This document shows, one piece after another, positions 7,685 to 17,102 of a DNA stretch of 64,000 nt. The position numbers and the translations under genes were made by a program. The DNA lies in the NCBI GenBank assembly GCA_013044245.1, contig JABEVK010000004.1, positions 1,842 through 65,841 of the forward strand, given 5' to 3'. The first letter of the stretch is position 1. Each line of letters opens with the position of its first letter. The notes below the pieces were generated by a model that ran no database searches, was not told the DNA's origin, and was given only the letters and a program-made list of their open reading frames with translations. This DNA is from Spirochaetales bacterium. Its GTDB lineage: Bacteria; Spirochaetota; Spirochaetia; JABEVK01.

Positions 7685-10055
7685 ACCACAACGTCGCTTG
7701 ACTATTGCCATGCTTGCGGCTGAGTTGGATGACGACTATCAAACCGCGATTTGGAAAGGGGTAGAATCTCGAGCCGCGCAATTGGATATTGGGGTCCTTT
7801 CAATTTTAGGCTCGCGGATTGAGTCACCGATTGGTTTTGAAGCGACAGCTAATACCATTTATAGTTTGGCCGATTCTCATCAAATTGATGGTGTTGTTGT
7901 TCTTACAGCTGCTATCTCGACCTTTATCGATACGCATAAAGTGTTAAAGTTTCTTCAAAACCCTTTAGGAATTCCTCGAGTTTCTCTGGGGTTAAAAGTG
8001 CCTGGGATTCCGAGTTTAGTCGTCGATGGAGCGCAAGGAATTGAGGATTTAGTCAAGCATTTGGTGTTAGGGCATGGGCGTCGTCGAATGGCTATCATCT
8101 CGGGCCCCGCTGGGCATGGCGAAGCGGAAGAGCGAAAAATTTCGCTGCTGACGGCCTTGAAGAGTTTTGGTGTTGTCCCTGACCAACGATTGATTGTGCC
8201 TGGAAGTTTTCTTCAGGTGTCTGGAGTCGACGGAGTGAAAACTTTACTAAATCAACAGATACCGTTTGATTCGTTATTCTGCATGAATGACCGCACGGCT
8301 ATTGGCGCAATCGAAGAACTTCAAAGGTCTGGTGTGAAAGTGCCGCAAGAAGTGGCTGTCGTCGGGTTTGATGATATCGAAGAAGGGACCTACCTGACCC
8401 CGCCGCTCACTTCGGTTCGTCAGCCCCTGTTTGAGTTGGGGGTTTCAGCGGTTGATATTCTTTATGATATTTTGCAAGCCCGAGCCCCTCTCACTCACCA
8501 TCTTTTATGTCATGCGGTCATTCGTGAATCCTGTGGATGTCTTCCCCGGCAAAGTTTTTCATCCGAAAATCATGTCAAGTGGGAAGATATTAGTAAACTC
8601 GATCGGCATTTGGTTGACGAATTGTTACGGCTGGCCATTAGCGGGAATGAGCACCTCTTTTTAAAGAGGCTCAACCAAAACTTACTCGACAGTGTCGTTC
8701 AACGACGCAGTTTGGAGCGGTGGCAAGACTACTTGACGGCCATACGGTCCAAACTTCGTGAAGAAGAAAGTTGGAATTTAGTGTATGATGAGTTCCTTTT
8801 TGAGTCAGCACGTGACTTAATTGCCAAGGCGGAAACACGGTCTCAGGCAGAACGTCGGATTCAAGCGTCACGTCGCTATGCTACCTTACGGTCAATTGGT
8901 TCGTCGCTCATTGCGGCTTTTGAAATGAACTCCATGATTCGAGAGTTAGCAAAAGGACTGCACGATTTAGGTTTTTACCGCGGTTTTTTGGTAAGGGTCG
9001 ACGGAAAAGATATTCCTAACGGTTGGTCACGCCTCTGGATGAGCCTAGATGACTCGCAAATTCTCCCCAACAAACCCGTTCGTTTTCACAGTAATGATAT
9101 TTTACCGGCCGATATTCTTTGGCAACAAGAGCGTTGGGTACTTGAGCCTTTAGTTTTTCAAGACGAGATTCTGGGGTACGTGATTTTGCCGGGGGGCCTT
9201 ATTGATGCTTCAACGTATGACTCGATTAAAGAAAGTGTTGCCAGTGCTATGGCCAGCCTTTTACTGCTTGAAAAAGTTCAAACGCATGAACGGCGCCTAG
9301 AACTGGATGTTGCACGTCGAACCCAAGAACTCACCCGCACCAATCAAGAATTAGTCAAAGAAGTCGATCGCAGAAAATTTCTTGAACAAGAAGTGACTCA
9401 AATTTCTAATCGGACCATGGAGTCGATTGGACAGGATCTTCACGATGATCTATGCCAGCATTTGGCAGGTATTTTGCTGATGTTTTCTGCTGTCAAATCC
9501 TCTGGACGATTGACGTCTGATTCTCCTGAAGTCCTTGACCGGATTCAAACCCTGTTGTCTGATTCGATTGTTAGGGTAAAGCAGATTGCTCGTGGTCTTT
9601 TACCGATGGGGTTTGAAGAACAGGGGTTGCTAGGGGCTCTTGAGGCTTTGGTGATTTCTGCGCGCCATTCAAGTAACGCCGAAATCACTCTAGAGACGGA
9701 TTCTGAGTTTTCGCTCGATGATAAAGATCGTGCCCTGCAAATCTACCGAATTCTACAAGAGGCCTTGCAGAATTCGTTAAAACACTCCCGGTCATCGAAA
9801 ATTGAGGTAAAACTCTATGCCAATGTTCGTACAAAAATGGTAAAACGCAGAAAAACGGCAATTCCCGGGTGGATCGCCGAAGTCAGGGATTATGGTTGTG
9901 GAATTCCTGCTAAAGTCGGCGGAGATGGAATGGGGATGCGAATCATGCGTTATCGAGCCGAGAAAGCCTGTGCTGTTTTAAACTTGGAAAGCATGGATCC
10001 TGGTACGAAGGTTTCGTGTTGGTTTGCGGAATCATCAGGAGGAGAAAACTGTTGA
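7674..10055 (+). CDS. Soluble sensor histidine kinase: LacI/GalR-type sugar-binding domain (no HTH) fused to HisKA_3 and HATPase
   Basis: MNDRTAIG, VPQEVAVVGFDD, PPLTSVRQP, IRESCGC; GQDLHDDLCQ H-box; QEALQNSLKHS, DYGCG, GMG; ATG 7674 overlaps deoC end; no TM helix. Confidence 0.88.
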   Translation: MSIKPQRRLTIAMLAAELDDDYQTAIWKGVESRAAQLDIGVLSILGSRIESPIGFEATANTIYSLADSHQIDGVVVLTAAISTFIDTHKVLKFLQNPLGIPRVSLGLKVPGIPSLVVDGAQGIEDLVKHLVLGHGRRRMAIISGPAGHGEAEERKISLLTALKSFGVVPDQRLIVPGSFLQVSGVDGVKTLLNQQIPFDSLFCMNDRTAIGAIEELQRSGVKVPQEVAVVGFDDIEEGTYLTPPLTSVRQPLFELGVSAVDILYDILQARAPLTHHLLCHAVIRESCGCLPRQSFSSENHVKWEDISKLDRHLVDELLRLAISGNEHLFLKRLNQNLLDSVVQRRSLERWQDYLTAIRSKLREEESWNLVYDEFLFESARDLIAKAETRSQAERRIQASRRYATLRSIGSSLIAAFEMNSMIRELAKGLHDLGFYRGFLVRVDGKDIPNGWSRLWMSLDDSQILPNKPVRFHSNDILPADILWQQERWVLEPLVFQDEILGYVILPGGLIDASTYDSIKESVASAMASLLLLEKVQTHERRLELDVARRTQELTRTNQELVKEVDRRKFLEQEVTQISNRTMESIGQDLHDDLCQHLAGILLMFSAVKSSGRLTSDSPEVLDRIQTLLSDSIVRVKQIARGLLPMGFEEQGLLGALEALVISARHSSNAEITLETDSEFSLDDKDRALQIYRILQEALQNSLKHSRSSKIEVKLYANVRTKMVKRRKTAIPGWIAEVRDYGCGIPAKVGGDGMGMRIMRYRAEKACAVLNLESMDPGTKVSCWFAESSGGENC

Positions 10056-10705
10056 CACCTATATCTTTTCTAGTCGTTGATGACCACCCGATTTTTCGTC
10101 AGGGATTGGTTGCCCTAATTCAAACCCAAGAGCAATACAATGTGCGTTATGAGGCGGGGTCTATTGTCGAAGCCCTTGAGCGTTTAAATACATTTGTTCC
10201 CGATATCGCCATCATCGATATTTCCTTACAAAATCAAAGTGGACTCGACTTAGTCAGACAGATGCGTCAGTCATACCCCACCGTCAAAATCCTGATCATT
10301 TCGATGCATGACGAAGTGGTCTATGCGTCCCGTGCCTTGAAAGCGGGCGCAATGGGCTATGTGATGAAGCAGGAGCCAGCATCTTTAATTCTCGAAGCGA
10401 TACAAACGGTCTTAAACGGAAAAATCTACGTTTCAGCGGTGATGCGTGACCGTTTGCTAGAAATGGTCTTTTTGCACCGAGATGAAAACGAAGCCATTTC
10501 GACCGAGGTACTCAGTGATCGTGAGTTAGAAGTCCTTGACCTCATGGGACAAGGGTATGGTGCTGTCGATATCGCCAAATTACTAACCTTGTCGGTTAAA
10601 ACCGTCAACGCCCACTATGATCATATCAAAGACAAGCTAAAAATGCCGAGCACAAGTGAACTCAGACGCTATGCCGTAAAATGGATTCAGCATAGAGATA
10701 GGTAA
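10052..10705 (+). CDS. NarL/FixJ-family response regulator (REC + LuxR HTH)
   Basis: VVDDHPIFRQG, IIDISL, SMHD, GYVMK, LSDRELEV, LSVKTV; TTG start after GGAGGAG overlapping the kinase stop. Confidence 0.93.
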   Translation: MTPISFLVVDDHPIFRQGLVALIQTQEQYNVRYEAGSIVEALERLNTFVPDIAIIDISLQNQSGLDLVRQMRQSYPTVKILIISMHDEVVYASRALKAGAMGYVMKQEPASLILEAIQTVLNGKIYVSAVMRDRLLEMVFLHRDENEAISTEVLSDRELEVLDLMGQGYGAVDIAKLLTLSVKTVNAHYDHIKDKLKMPSTSELRRYAVKWIQHRDR

Positions 10706-10728
10706 TTATACCTAGGTAAAATTACTCA
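10699..10728. promoter_or_regulatory. Tandem palindromic operator-like sites upstream of the sugar ABC operon
   Basis: TAGGTA-ATTA-TACCTA (10699-10714) overlapping TAGGTA-AAAT-TACTCA (10713-10728). Confidence 0.5.
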
Positions 10729-10825
10729 ATATCGCCAATGTCGTACTCTGAAAACATGGAGTAGCCTTTTACCATGAAGACCAACAAGGAGTCCTGGTCT
10801 TCAAAATTTTAAAAGGAGGAACTGC

Positions 10826-12097
10826 ATGTTTAAGAAAATCAGTGTAGTTCTTGTTGCGGCATCGGCGTTGCTCTTAGGCGCGTGCGCTCAGAAGCCAGCG
10901 GATATCTACACCGGTCAAACCCTGAAAGTTTGGTCGTTTACGAACGAACTGCAAGAGTTCATCGACCGGTTCAAAGCTGCCCACCCGGGGTTAAAGGTAG
11001 AGTATACCATTGTCCCCAATGAGCAGTATTTGGCAAAACTCAAGCCCGTTTTGCGCAGTGGTGTTGATGCTCCCGACGTATTTACGGGAGAAGCTGGCTT
11101 CGTTAAGGACTTGGTCGATAATCACTTGTGGGCCAATCTTTCGAAGGCGCCCTTTAATGTTGATACCTCGGATGTGTTCCCGTATGTCGCACAAGTGGGT
11201 ACCGATGCTGAAGGAAATGTGCGTGGGTTATCGTATCAGGCTACTCCTGGAGCCTACTTCTTTAAACGCGATATTGCAAAGAAGTATTTGGGTACTGACG
11301 ATCCCGCAGCAATCAGCAAAATGCTCGCCACTTGGGACGACGTGGTCAAAGTTGGTGAAAAGCTGAAGAAGGAATCCAACGGTAAAGTTTTCTTGATTAG
11401 CTCTATTGCGGATTTGTTTAACCCTTTCTATGCCAACCGCCAACATGGTTGGGTTGAAAATGGTCAGTTCTACTATGACGATGTGCTAAACAAAGCAGCG
11501 GAAATTGCCAAAAAGATCCGTACCGAAGGTCTGGACGCCAAGGCCGGACAGTGGTCACCACCCTGGTTCAACGGGATGAAGAAAAATGGCAACGTCTTCT
11601 TGTATATGCTACCCACATGGGGTTTGACCTACGTTCTGGAAAAGAATGCGCCTGATGCTTCTGGCGACTGGGGTGCGGCTTCTGGCCCTGCTTCTTACTT
11701 CTGGGGCGGTACATGGCTGGGTATCAATCCCAAATCCACTCAAAAGCAATTGGCTTGGGAATTTGTGAAGTTTGTTACGTTGAATCATGATACTTTGACC
11801 TGGTGGGCGACCAAGTCGGAACATGCCGGCGACTTTGTTTCCAGCATTTCTGTGGTTAACTCCTTAAAAGATACTTTGACCTCACCGTACTTGGACGGAC
11901 AGAAACACTACGCCTACTTTGACGATCAGGTTGGCAAGATCAACGGCAATCTGATTACACCCTATGACCAGCAGGGCAATGCCTTCTATCAGAATGCAGT
12001 CAATGATTACCTGGATGGAAAACTTCCCAACGTTCAGGCTGTCAAAGAACGAGTCATTTCAGACTTCAAGAACGCTTTCCCTGATCTAAAGTACTAA
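10826..12097 (+). CDS. Carbohydrate ABC transporter substrate-binding lipoprotein (family 1)
   Basis: Lipobox LLGAC; APDVF, YFWGGTWLGI, AWEFVKF; AAGGAGG RBS. Confidence 0.92.
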   Translation: MFKKISVVLVAASALLLGACAQKPADIYTGQTLKVWSFTNELQEFIDRFKAAHPGLKVEYTIVPNEQYLAKLKPVLRSGVDAPDVFTGEAGFVKDLVDNHLWANLSKAPFNVDTSDVFPYVAQVGTDAEGNVRGLSYQATPGAYFFKRDIAKKYLGTDDPAAISKMLATWDDVVKVGEKLKKESNGKVFLISSIADLFNPFYANRQHGWVENGQFYYDDVLNKAAEIAKKIRTEGLDAKAGQWSPPWFNGMKKNGNVFLYMLPTWGLTYVLEKNAPDASGDWGAASGPASYFWGGTWLGINPKSTQKQLAWEFVKFVTLNHDTLTWWATKSEHAGDFVSSISVVNSLKDTLTSPYLDGQKHYAYFDDQVGKINGNLITPYDQQGNAFYQNAVNDYLDGKLPNVQAVKERVISDFKNAFPDLKY

Positions 12098-12109
12098 CGA
12101 TCACAGTTG

Positions 12110-12133
12110 AGGCCGCCGAAAGGCGGCCTTTTT
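12110..12133 (+). terminator. Intra-operon GC-rich stem-loop / intrinsic terminator after the SBP gene
   Basis: AGGCCGCC-GAAA-GGCGGCCT followed by TTTT. Confidence 0.8.
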
Positions 12134-12145
12134 AAGGAGTTTGAA

Positions 12146-13078
12146 ATGCAGAGGAAAACTTCTGCTGAGCAGCAAGGCAAGAACGGTTACTGGTTTATCC
12201 TTCCATTTTTTGTTTTCTTTCTTGTTTTTCAGGTCTATCCTATTTTCTATTCATTGTATTTGAGTTTTACCAGTTTTGATGGCTTTAAAAATCCTAAATG
12301 GATTGGATTTGCCAATTATGAAAGGCTGTTTTCTAAGGATTTGTGGGGTGATAGTGCCAGATTCTTATTATCATACATCAATACTTGGAGAATTTGGCTC
12401 CCCAATATTGTTTCACAGCTAACCTTGGCATTTTTAACTGCAGTAATTTTGACAAATGTTCGTCTTCGTATTAAAGGTGTAGGTGTCTTTAGGGCTGTCT
12501 TTTATTTCCCTAATCTTGTGACAGCTGCATCGATAGCCATTCTTTTTGCGCTATTGATGGATTGGCAGTATGGTGCAGTTAATCAGTTGATTTTTGGTGC
12601 GAATAAAGCCAACTATATCAACTGGACAGGGTCATCTGGAACGCTTTTTCAATTGCTTATTTCAGGAATCCAGACTTGGATGTGGTTTGGCAACACGATG
12701 ATAATTATTATGGCCGGCTTGACGAGTATCCCTCAAGCCCTATTAGAAGCCGCATGGGTGGATGGTGCTTCCACATCGAAGACCTTTTTCAAAGTTACAT
12801 TACCATTGTTGAGACCAATAATGGTGTATATCGTTATTACTTCGTTAATTGGTGGCATGCAGATTTTTGATATTCCTTTTGTCATAACAACACCTCCTGG
12901 TTCAGCTGGTCCCGAATATTCTATGCTGACAGCGATGATTTATACCTATGATCAGGCATTTACCAATAACCAATACGGGTATGCGGCGGCATTGTCATAT
13001 ATACAATTCCTACTTATCGCGATTTTCTCGGCGTTATACTTTCGCTCGATGCGACGTCAAGAACAAGGAGTGGCTTGA
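12146..13078 (+). CDS. Carbohydrate ABC transporter permease
   Basis: Six TM segments; EAA loop LLEAAWVDGAS; AAGGAG RBS. Confidence 0.93.
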   Translation: MQRKTSAEQQGKNGYWFILPFFVFFLVFQVYPIFYSLYLSFTSFDGFKNPKWIGFANYERLFSKDLWGDSARFLLSYINTWRIWLPNIVSQLTLAFLTAVILTNVRLRIKGVGVFRAVFYFPNLVTAASIAILFALLMDWQYGAVNQLIFGANKANYINWTGSSGTLFQLLISGIQTWMWFGNTMIIIMAGLTSIPQALLEAAWVDGASTSKTFFKVTLPLLRPIMVYIVITSLIGGMQIFDIPFVITTPPGSAGPEYSMLTAMIYTYDQAFTNNQYGYAAALSYIQFLLIAIFSALYFRSMRRQEQGVA

Positions 13079-13080
13079 TC

Positions 13081-13920
13081 ATGATACTGAATCAACGAAG
13101 GTCCTCGCTCGGCACTATTTTATCATACGTCTATCTTGTGTTTTTAACGGTCATCTGTGTCGTTCCGTTTTATATGATGTTGATAAATGGTACACGAGGC
13201 TCTGTTGCTATTAACCAAGGGGTTTCATTTATTCCTGGGACATATCTTATTCAAAACTTCATGAACTTGATTACAAAGGTCAATTTGTTTCAGGGTTTTA
13301 TCAATACGGTTATAATTTCAGTCGGAGCCACTGCTTTGACACTTTACGTTTCGGCTTTGACTGCCTGGGGTTTTGCGATTTATGAATTTCGTTTCAAAAA
13401 GTTGCTGTGGGGATTGGTCTTAGTCATCATTATGATTCCTAATACTCTTGGAATTATTGGTTTCTATGAGTTAATGCTCAATCTTCATCTGATCGACAAC
13501 TACTTAGCCCTAATCTTGCCAGCAGGGGCTGCTTCGGTCACTGTATTCTTCCTTCACCAATATATTAAGGGTGGTATACCTCGAGATTTTTATGAGGCAG
13601 CACAAATTGATGGTGCGAAAGAACTCTATACCTTTCACAAAATTGCTTTGCCATTAATGGTTCCAGGTTTAGCAACGATGGGAATTTTTGCTTTTGTAGG
13701 TAGTTGGAACAACTTTTTACAACCATTGATTATCTTGTATAGTCCTAGCCATTTGACATTGCCATTGCTGATTTCAGAACTGAACTCAACTGCCTATAAA
13801 ACAGATTTTGGTGTTGTGTATTTGGGTATAGGCCTGACGGTCTTACCGTTATTATTGATATTTGCCCTGTTCTCACGGTACATCTTAAACGGACTTACCA
13901 TGGGCGGCGTGAAAGAATAG
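13081..13920 (+). CDS. Carbohydrate ABC transporter permease
   Basis: EAA loop FYEAAQIDGA, SWNNFL, C-terminal GGVKE. Confidence 0.93.
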   Translation: MILNQRRSSLGTILSYVYLVFLTVICVVPFYMMLINGTRGSVAINQGVSFIPGTYLIQNFMNLITKVNLFQGFINTVIISVGATALTLYVSALTAWGFAIYEFRFKKLLWGLVLVIIMIPNTLGIIGFYELMLNLHLIDNYLALILPAGAASVTVFFLHQYIKGGIPRDFYEAAQIDGAKELYTFHKIALPLMVPGLATMGIFAFVGSWNNFLQPLIILYSPSHLTLPLLISELNSTAYKTDFGVVYLGIGLTVLPLLLIFALFSRYILNGLTMGGVKE

Positions 13921-13938
13921 ATTGTTGTAGGGGAGATA

Positions 13939-16329
13939 TTGAAATTGGTTTCAAATAAAGTGTCCTGGCTTGATTCTACGTTATCGCCTTCAAAAAGAAG
14001 TGTTGAGCTTTTAGCGGTGATGACTCTTGAAGAAAAAATTGCACAATTATGTTCTGTTTGGCTTGATTATCTTGGTCAGGATCATTTTGTTTTGAAATCG
14101 TTTTCATCGGAGTCTGATCCCCGTCCCGATGTTCGTCAGCTGTTTCCTCTAGGAATTGGCCAAATTTCGCGACCGTTGGGGTCGCAGCCTGTTGATCCTC
14201 GAGAAGGCGTTCGAGCGCTAAATAACCTGCAAAAATTTTTTAGGGAAGAAACCCGTTTGGGGATACCGGCACTTCCGCATGAAGAATGTTTAGCAGGCTT
14301 AATGGCTCAAGGGGCAACACTTTTTCCGGCAGGAATCAACTACGGGTCACTTTGGAATCCTGAATTGGTTAAGAAAATTGCTTCAGCTATAGGAAGGGAA
14401 TTATCTTCGACAGGGTCCCGCCAAGGCTTGGCCCCTGTGCTTGATGTCGCTCGTGATGCGCGTTGGGGGCGAGTGGAAGAAACTATGGGGGAAGATCCGT
14501 ATCTCGTAGGGACTTCTGCTTTGGCTTACGTGCAAGGGTTCCAAGGAAAAGACCGTCAACTGTTAGCTACTCTTAAGCATTTTGTGGGTCATTCGTTTAG
14601 TGAAGGCGGACGAAATCATGCGCCTGTCCATATTGGCCCTCGTGAATTGATGGATGTGTTTTTGTTGCCATTTGAGATGGCAGTAAAGCTCGGTAACGCC
14701 GGTTCTGTAATGCCTGCATACCATGATATAGATGGTGAACCGTGTTCATCTTCGGTGACGCTGATGAAAACGCTTTTGCGAGAAAAATGGGGCTTTGATG
14801 GGGTGATTGTTTCTGATTATGAGGCTATTGCCCAGTTGAAGAATGATCATCGAGTCGCTTCCGATTTTAGCCAAGCCAGCGCTTTAGCTCTTAAGGCTGG
14901 GATGGATATGGAATTGCCTGGAGCGACTGTCTACGCCCAGGGTATTCGTACGGCTTTAGAAAAAGATCTGCTCACTATAAGTGACGTCGACGCTGCCGTA
15001 CAGCGTGTGTTGGTGGAAAAATTTAGGTTAGGACTTTTCGATCATCCCTATGTTTCCGAAGAAGCATTATGTTTGAATACCTCTGAGCATAAGTCTCTTG
15101 CTTTTCAATCAGCGGTAGAATCCATGGTTTTGTTGTCCAATGACGGGATGCTTCCGTTAGCGGGAACGCACAAGATTGCTGTCATTGGGCCATTGGCAGA
15201 TGAACCTTTGGCTTTTTTTAGTGGTTATTCATTTCCTGTGCACTTGATCGCATCGATGCATTCTCAGAATGCTACCCCATCAGCGATTAAAACACTACGC
15301 AAAGCGTTTGTGGAACGATTGGGAGAAGAACGTGTTTTGTATGCTCGTGGCTGCGATATTTTGTCACGAAGGCCAGATACCGCTCCAGTTTTTCCTGGTG
15401 ACCCGACTATGACACAGGGACAACGGCAGTCGTACATCAGCTATGATGAAAGTCAAATAGCCGAAGCTGTAAAAGCTGGCCAGGATGCAGGACAAATAGT
15501 AGTTTGCCTCGGGGATCTTTCTGGATTATTTCTCAGTGGAACTGTCGGTGAGGGCTCTGATGCTTCGTCGTTAAACTTGCCGGGAGTTCAGCAAAAATTA
15601 TTAGAAGCGCTCTTAGCACTCAAAAAGCCGTTGACCATTGTTTTGTTGAACGGCAGACCGTATGACCTCGGCGAGGCCGGAAAAAAATCCAATGCGATTT
15701 TAGAAGCGTGGCTACCTGGGCAAGAAGGCGCTGATGCTGTTGTTCATTTAATCTTTGGCGACGGAAACCCCGGGGGGAAACTTCCTATTTCGTTCCCTAA
15801 AAGTGCGGGAGCAATGCCGTATGCTTACAATTTACACTTTAAGTCGTGCGGTTCGCCGATTCAGCAAGATTTCGGGGCAGTGTATCCTTTTGGGCATGGT
15901 TTAAGCTACACACAGTTTTCTTACGAAGACTTTAGGTTGGAATCAGAGACCGTAGCGACGGATGGGGAAATCCGTATCACTGGCGTTGTTCGTAATGTGG
16001 GACACCGTGCTGGCGATGAAGTCGTTCAGGTGTATGGCCAGGATCTGTTAGCTCAGGTTGTTCGTCCGCAACGGGAATTAAAGGCATACCGGCGAATTTC
16101 GTTAGAGGCATCACAGGCAGTGCGAGTGACTTTTATTATACCTACCGATTTATTTCATTACAGTCCTGAAGGCCAAACACGCTTTGTGGAACCGGGTGAA
16201 TGGGCGTTGTTTGTGGGAAGTTCATCGCAAGATTATCGATTTCAGGACCATTGTATTCTGACGGGACCGGGCAGAACCTTAGGCGAACAGTGGCGGATGT
16301 TGGCTAGCTCGGAAGTACAGGAGTTCTAG
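13939..16329 (+). CDS. Glycoside hydrolase family 3 (beta-glucosidase/xylosidase), cytoplasmic
   Basis: RDARWGRVEETMGEDP, LKHF, VIVSDY nucleophile, YPFGHGLSYTQF, Fn3-like tail; no signal peptide. Confidence 0.94.
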   Translation: MKLVSNKVSWLDSTLSPSKRSVELLAVMTLEEKIAQLCSVWLDYLGQDHFVLKSFSSESDPRPDVRQLFPLGIGQISRPLGSQPVDPREGVRALNNLQKFFREETRLGIPALPHEECLAGLMAQGATLFPAGINYGSLWNPELVKKIASAIGRELSSTGSRQGLAPVLDVARDARWGRVEETMGEDPYLVGTSALAYVQGFQGKDRQLLATLKHFVGHSFSEGGRNHAPVHIGPRELMDVFLLPFEMAVKLGNAGSVMPAYHDIDGEPCSSSVTLMKTLLREKWGFDGVIVSDYEAIAQLKNDHRVASDFSQASALALKAGMDMELPGATVYAQGIRTALEKDLLTISDVDAAVQRVLVEKFRLGLFDHPYVSEEALCLNTSEHKSLAFQSAVESMVLLSNDGMLPLAGTHKIAVIGPLADEPLAFFSGYSFPVHLIASMHSQNATPSAIKTLRKAFVERLGEERVLYARGCDILSRRPDTAPVFPGDPTMTQGQRQSYISYDESQIAEAVKAGQDAGQIVVCLGDLSGLFLSGTVGEGSDASSLNLPGVQQKLLEALLALKKPLTIVLLNGRPYDLGEAGKKSNAILEAWLPGQEGADAVVHLIFGDGNPGGKLPISFPKSAGAMPYAYNLHFKSCGSPIQQDFGAVYPFGHGLSYTQFSYEDFRLESETVATDGEIRITGVVRNVGHRAGDEVVQVYGQDLLAQVVRPQRELKAYRRISLEASQAVRVTFIIPTDLFHYSPEGQTRFVEPGEWALFVGSSSQDYRFQDHCILTGPGRTLGEQWRMLASSEVQEF

Positions 16330-16334
16330 GTGTT

Positions 16335-17087
16335 CTACATGCCCATTAGTGGGCCTCGATGAGTCTTACTTTCTTCTTCATACTCGGGGAAAACACCGTA
16401 AAGCTTCAATAGGGCCCGTTCGAGAGCTTTTTCAGGATTTCCAGAAAGTTCGTGACTATGGGTAGCGTCGAAGGTTTGAGTAAAAGCTTGCAAGTCATTT
16501 TCGACTCGTTGAAGATTCTCGAGGGTTTTTAGCCAAATTTCTGAAGCCAGTCGGGAAAGGTCTGACGGCGATAGGAGCTCGACAGCCATCGCGAAGACAA
16601 TCTGAACATGTTTGAGGCATAGTCCCTTACTTTGGCCCCAAAAGGAAAAGAAATCTTGATCGTGTTTTAAGAGGTGGACAAACGTAAAGGCAAAGCGGTT
16701 CATATCCTCATCGATTTTCGTTTGGATCAAACAGCCTTGACTTTGTTTTTTGAGGTAGACGAGCAGGTTTTCGACTTCTTTACGAAGGATTTTCTTTTCA
16801 GTGGGCCGTTTAAGAAAGGAAAGCGAGCTTTCTCGTACAGCTTTAAGCCTAGTATGGGTGATTAAACCTAGGCCTAAACGGTTGTTGTCTTTGGCTAAAA
16901 TTCGGGCGCTTTCAGCCGAAAATCCGATTTTGTTAACATTAAGTCGTACTTCTGGAACCATCACCGAATGGCCAAGGTAGTAACGAACGGCGCCGGCTCG
17001 CGATCGGCGTTCTAAAAGACAAAAAGGACATTCGGTTTGCGCTTTGAGCGCGTCCCAAACCGGAATAGTATCTAATTCGTACTTCAT
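16335..17087 (-). CDS. DUF6062-like putative zinc-binding protein
   Basis: MKYELDTIPVWDA, ECPFC, GLCLKH; GGGAG RBS. Confidence 0.65.
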   Translation of the reverse strand: MKYELDTIPVWDALKAQTECPFCLLERRSRAGAVRYYLGHSVMVPEVRLNVNKIGFSAESARILAKDNNRLGLGLITHTRLKAVRESSLSFLKRPTEKKILRKEVENLLVYLKKQSQGCLIQTKIDEDMNRFAFTFVHLLKHDQDFFSFWGQSKGLCLKHVQIVFAMAVELLSPSDLSRLASEIWLKTLENLQRVENDLQAFTQTFDATHSHELSGNPEKALERALLKLYGVFPEYEEESKTHRGPLMGM

Positions 17088-17102
17088 TGTGACTCCCAAG
17101 CC

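Noticed and set aside
6894..16334. Sugar locus as a mobile genomic island
   Set aside because: Parts look AT-richer, but I found no integrase, transposase, tRNA or flanking direct repeat; old horizontal transfer remains possible but unsupported.
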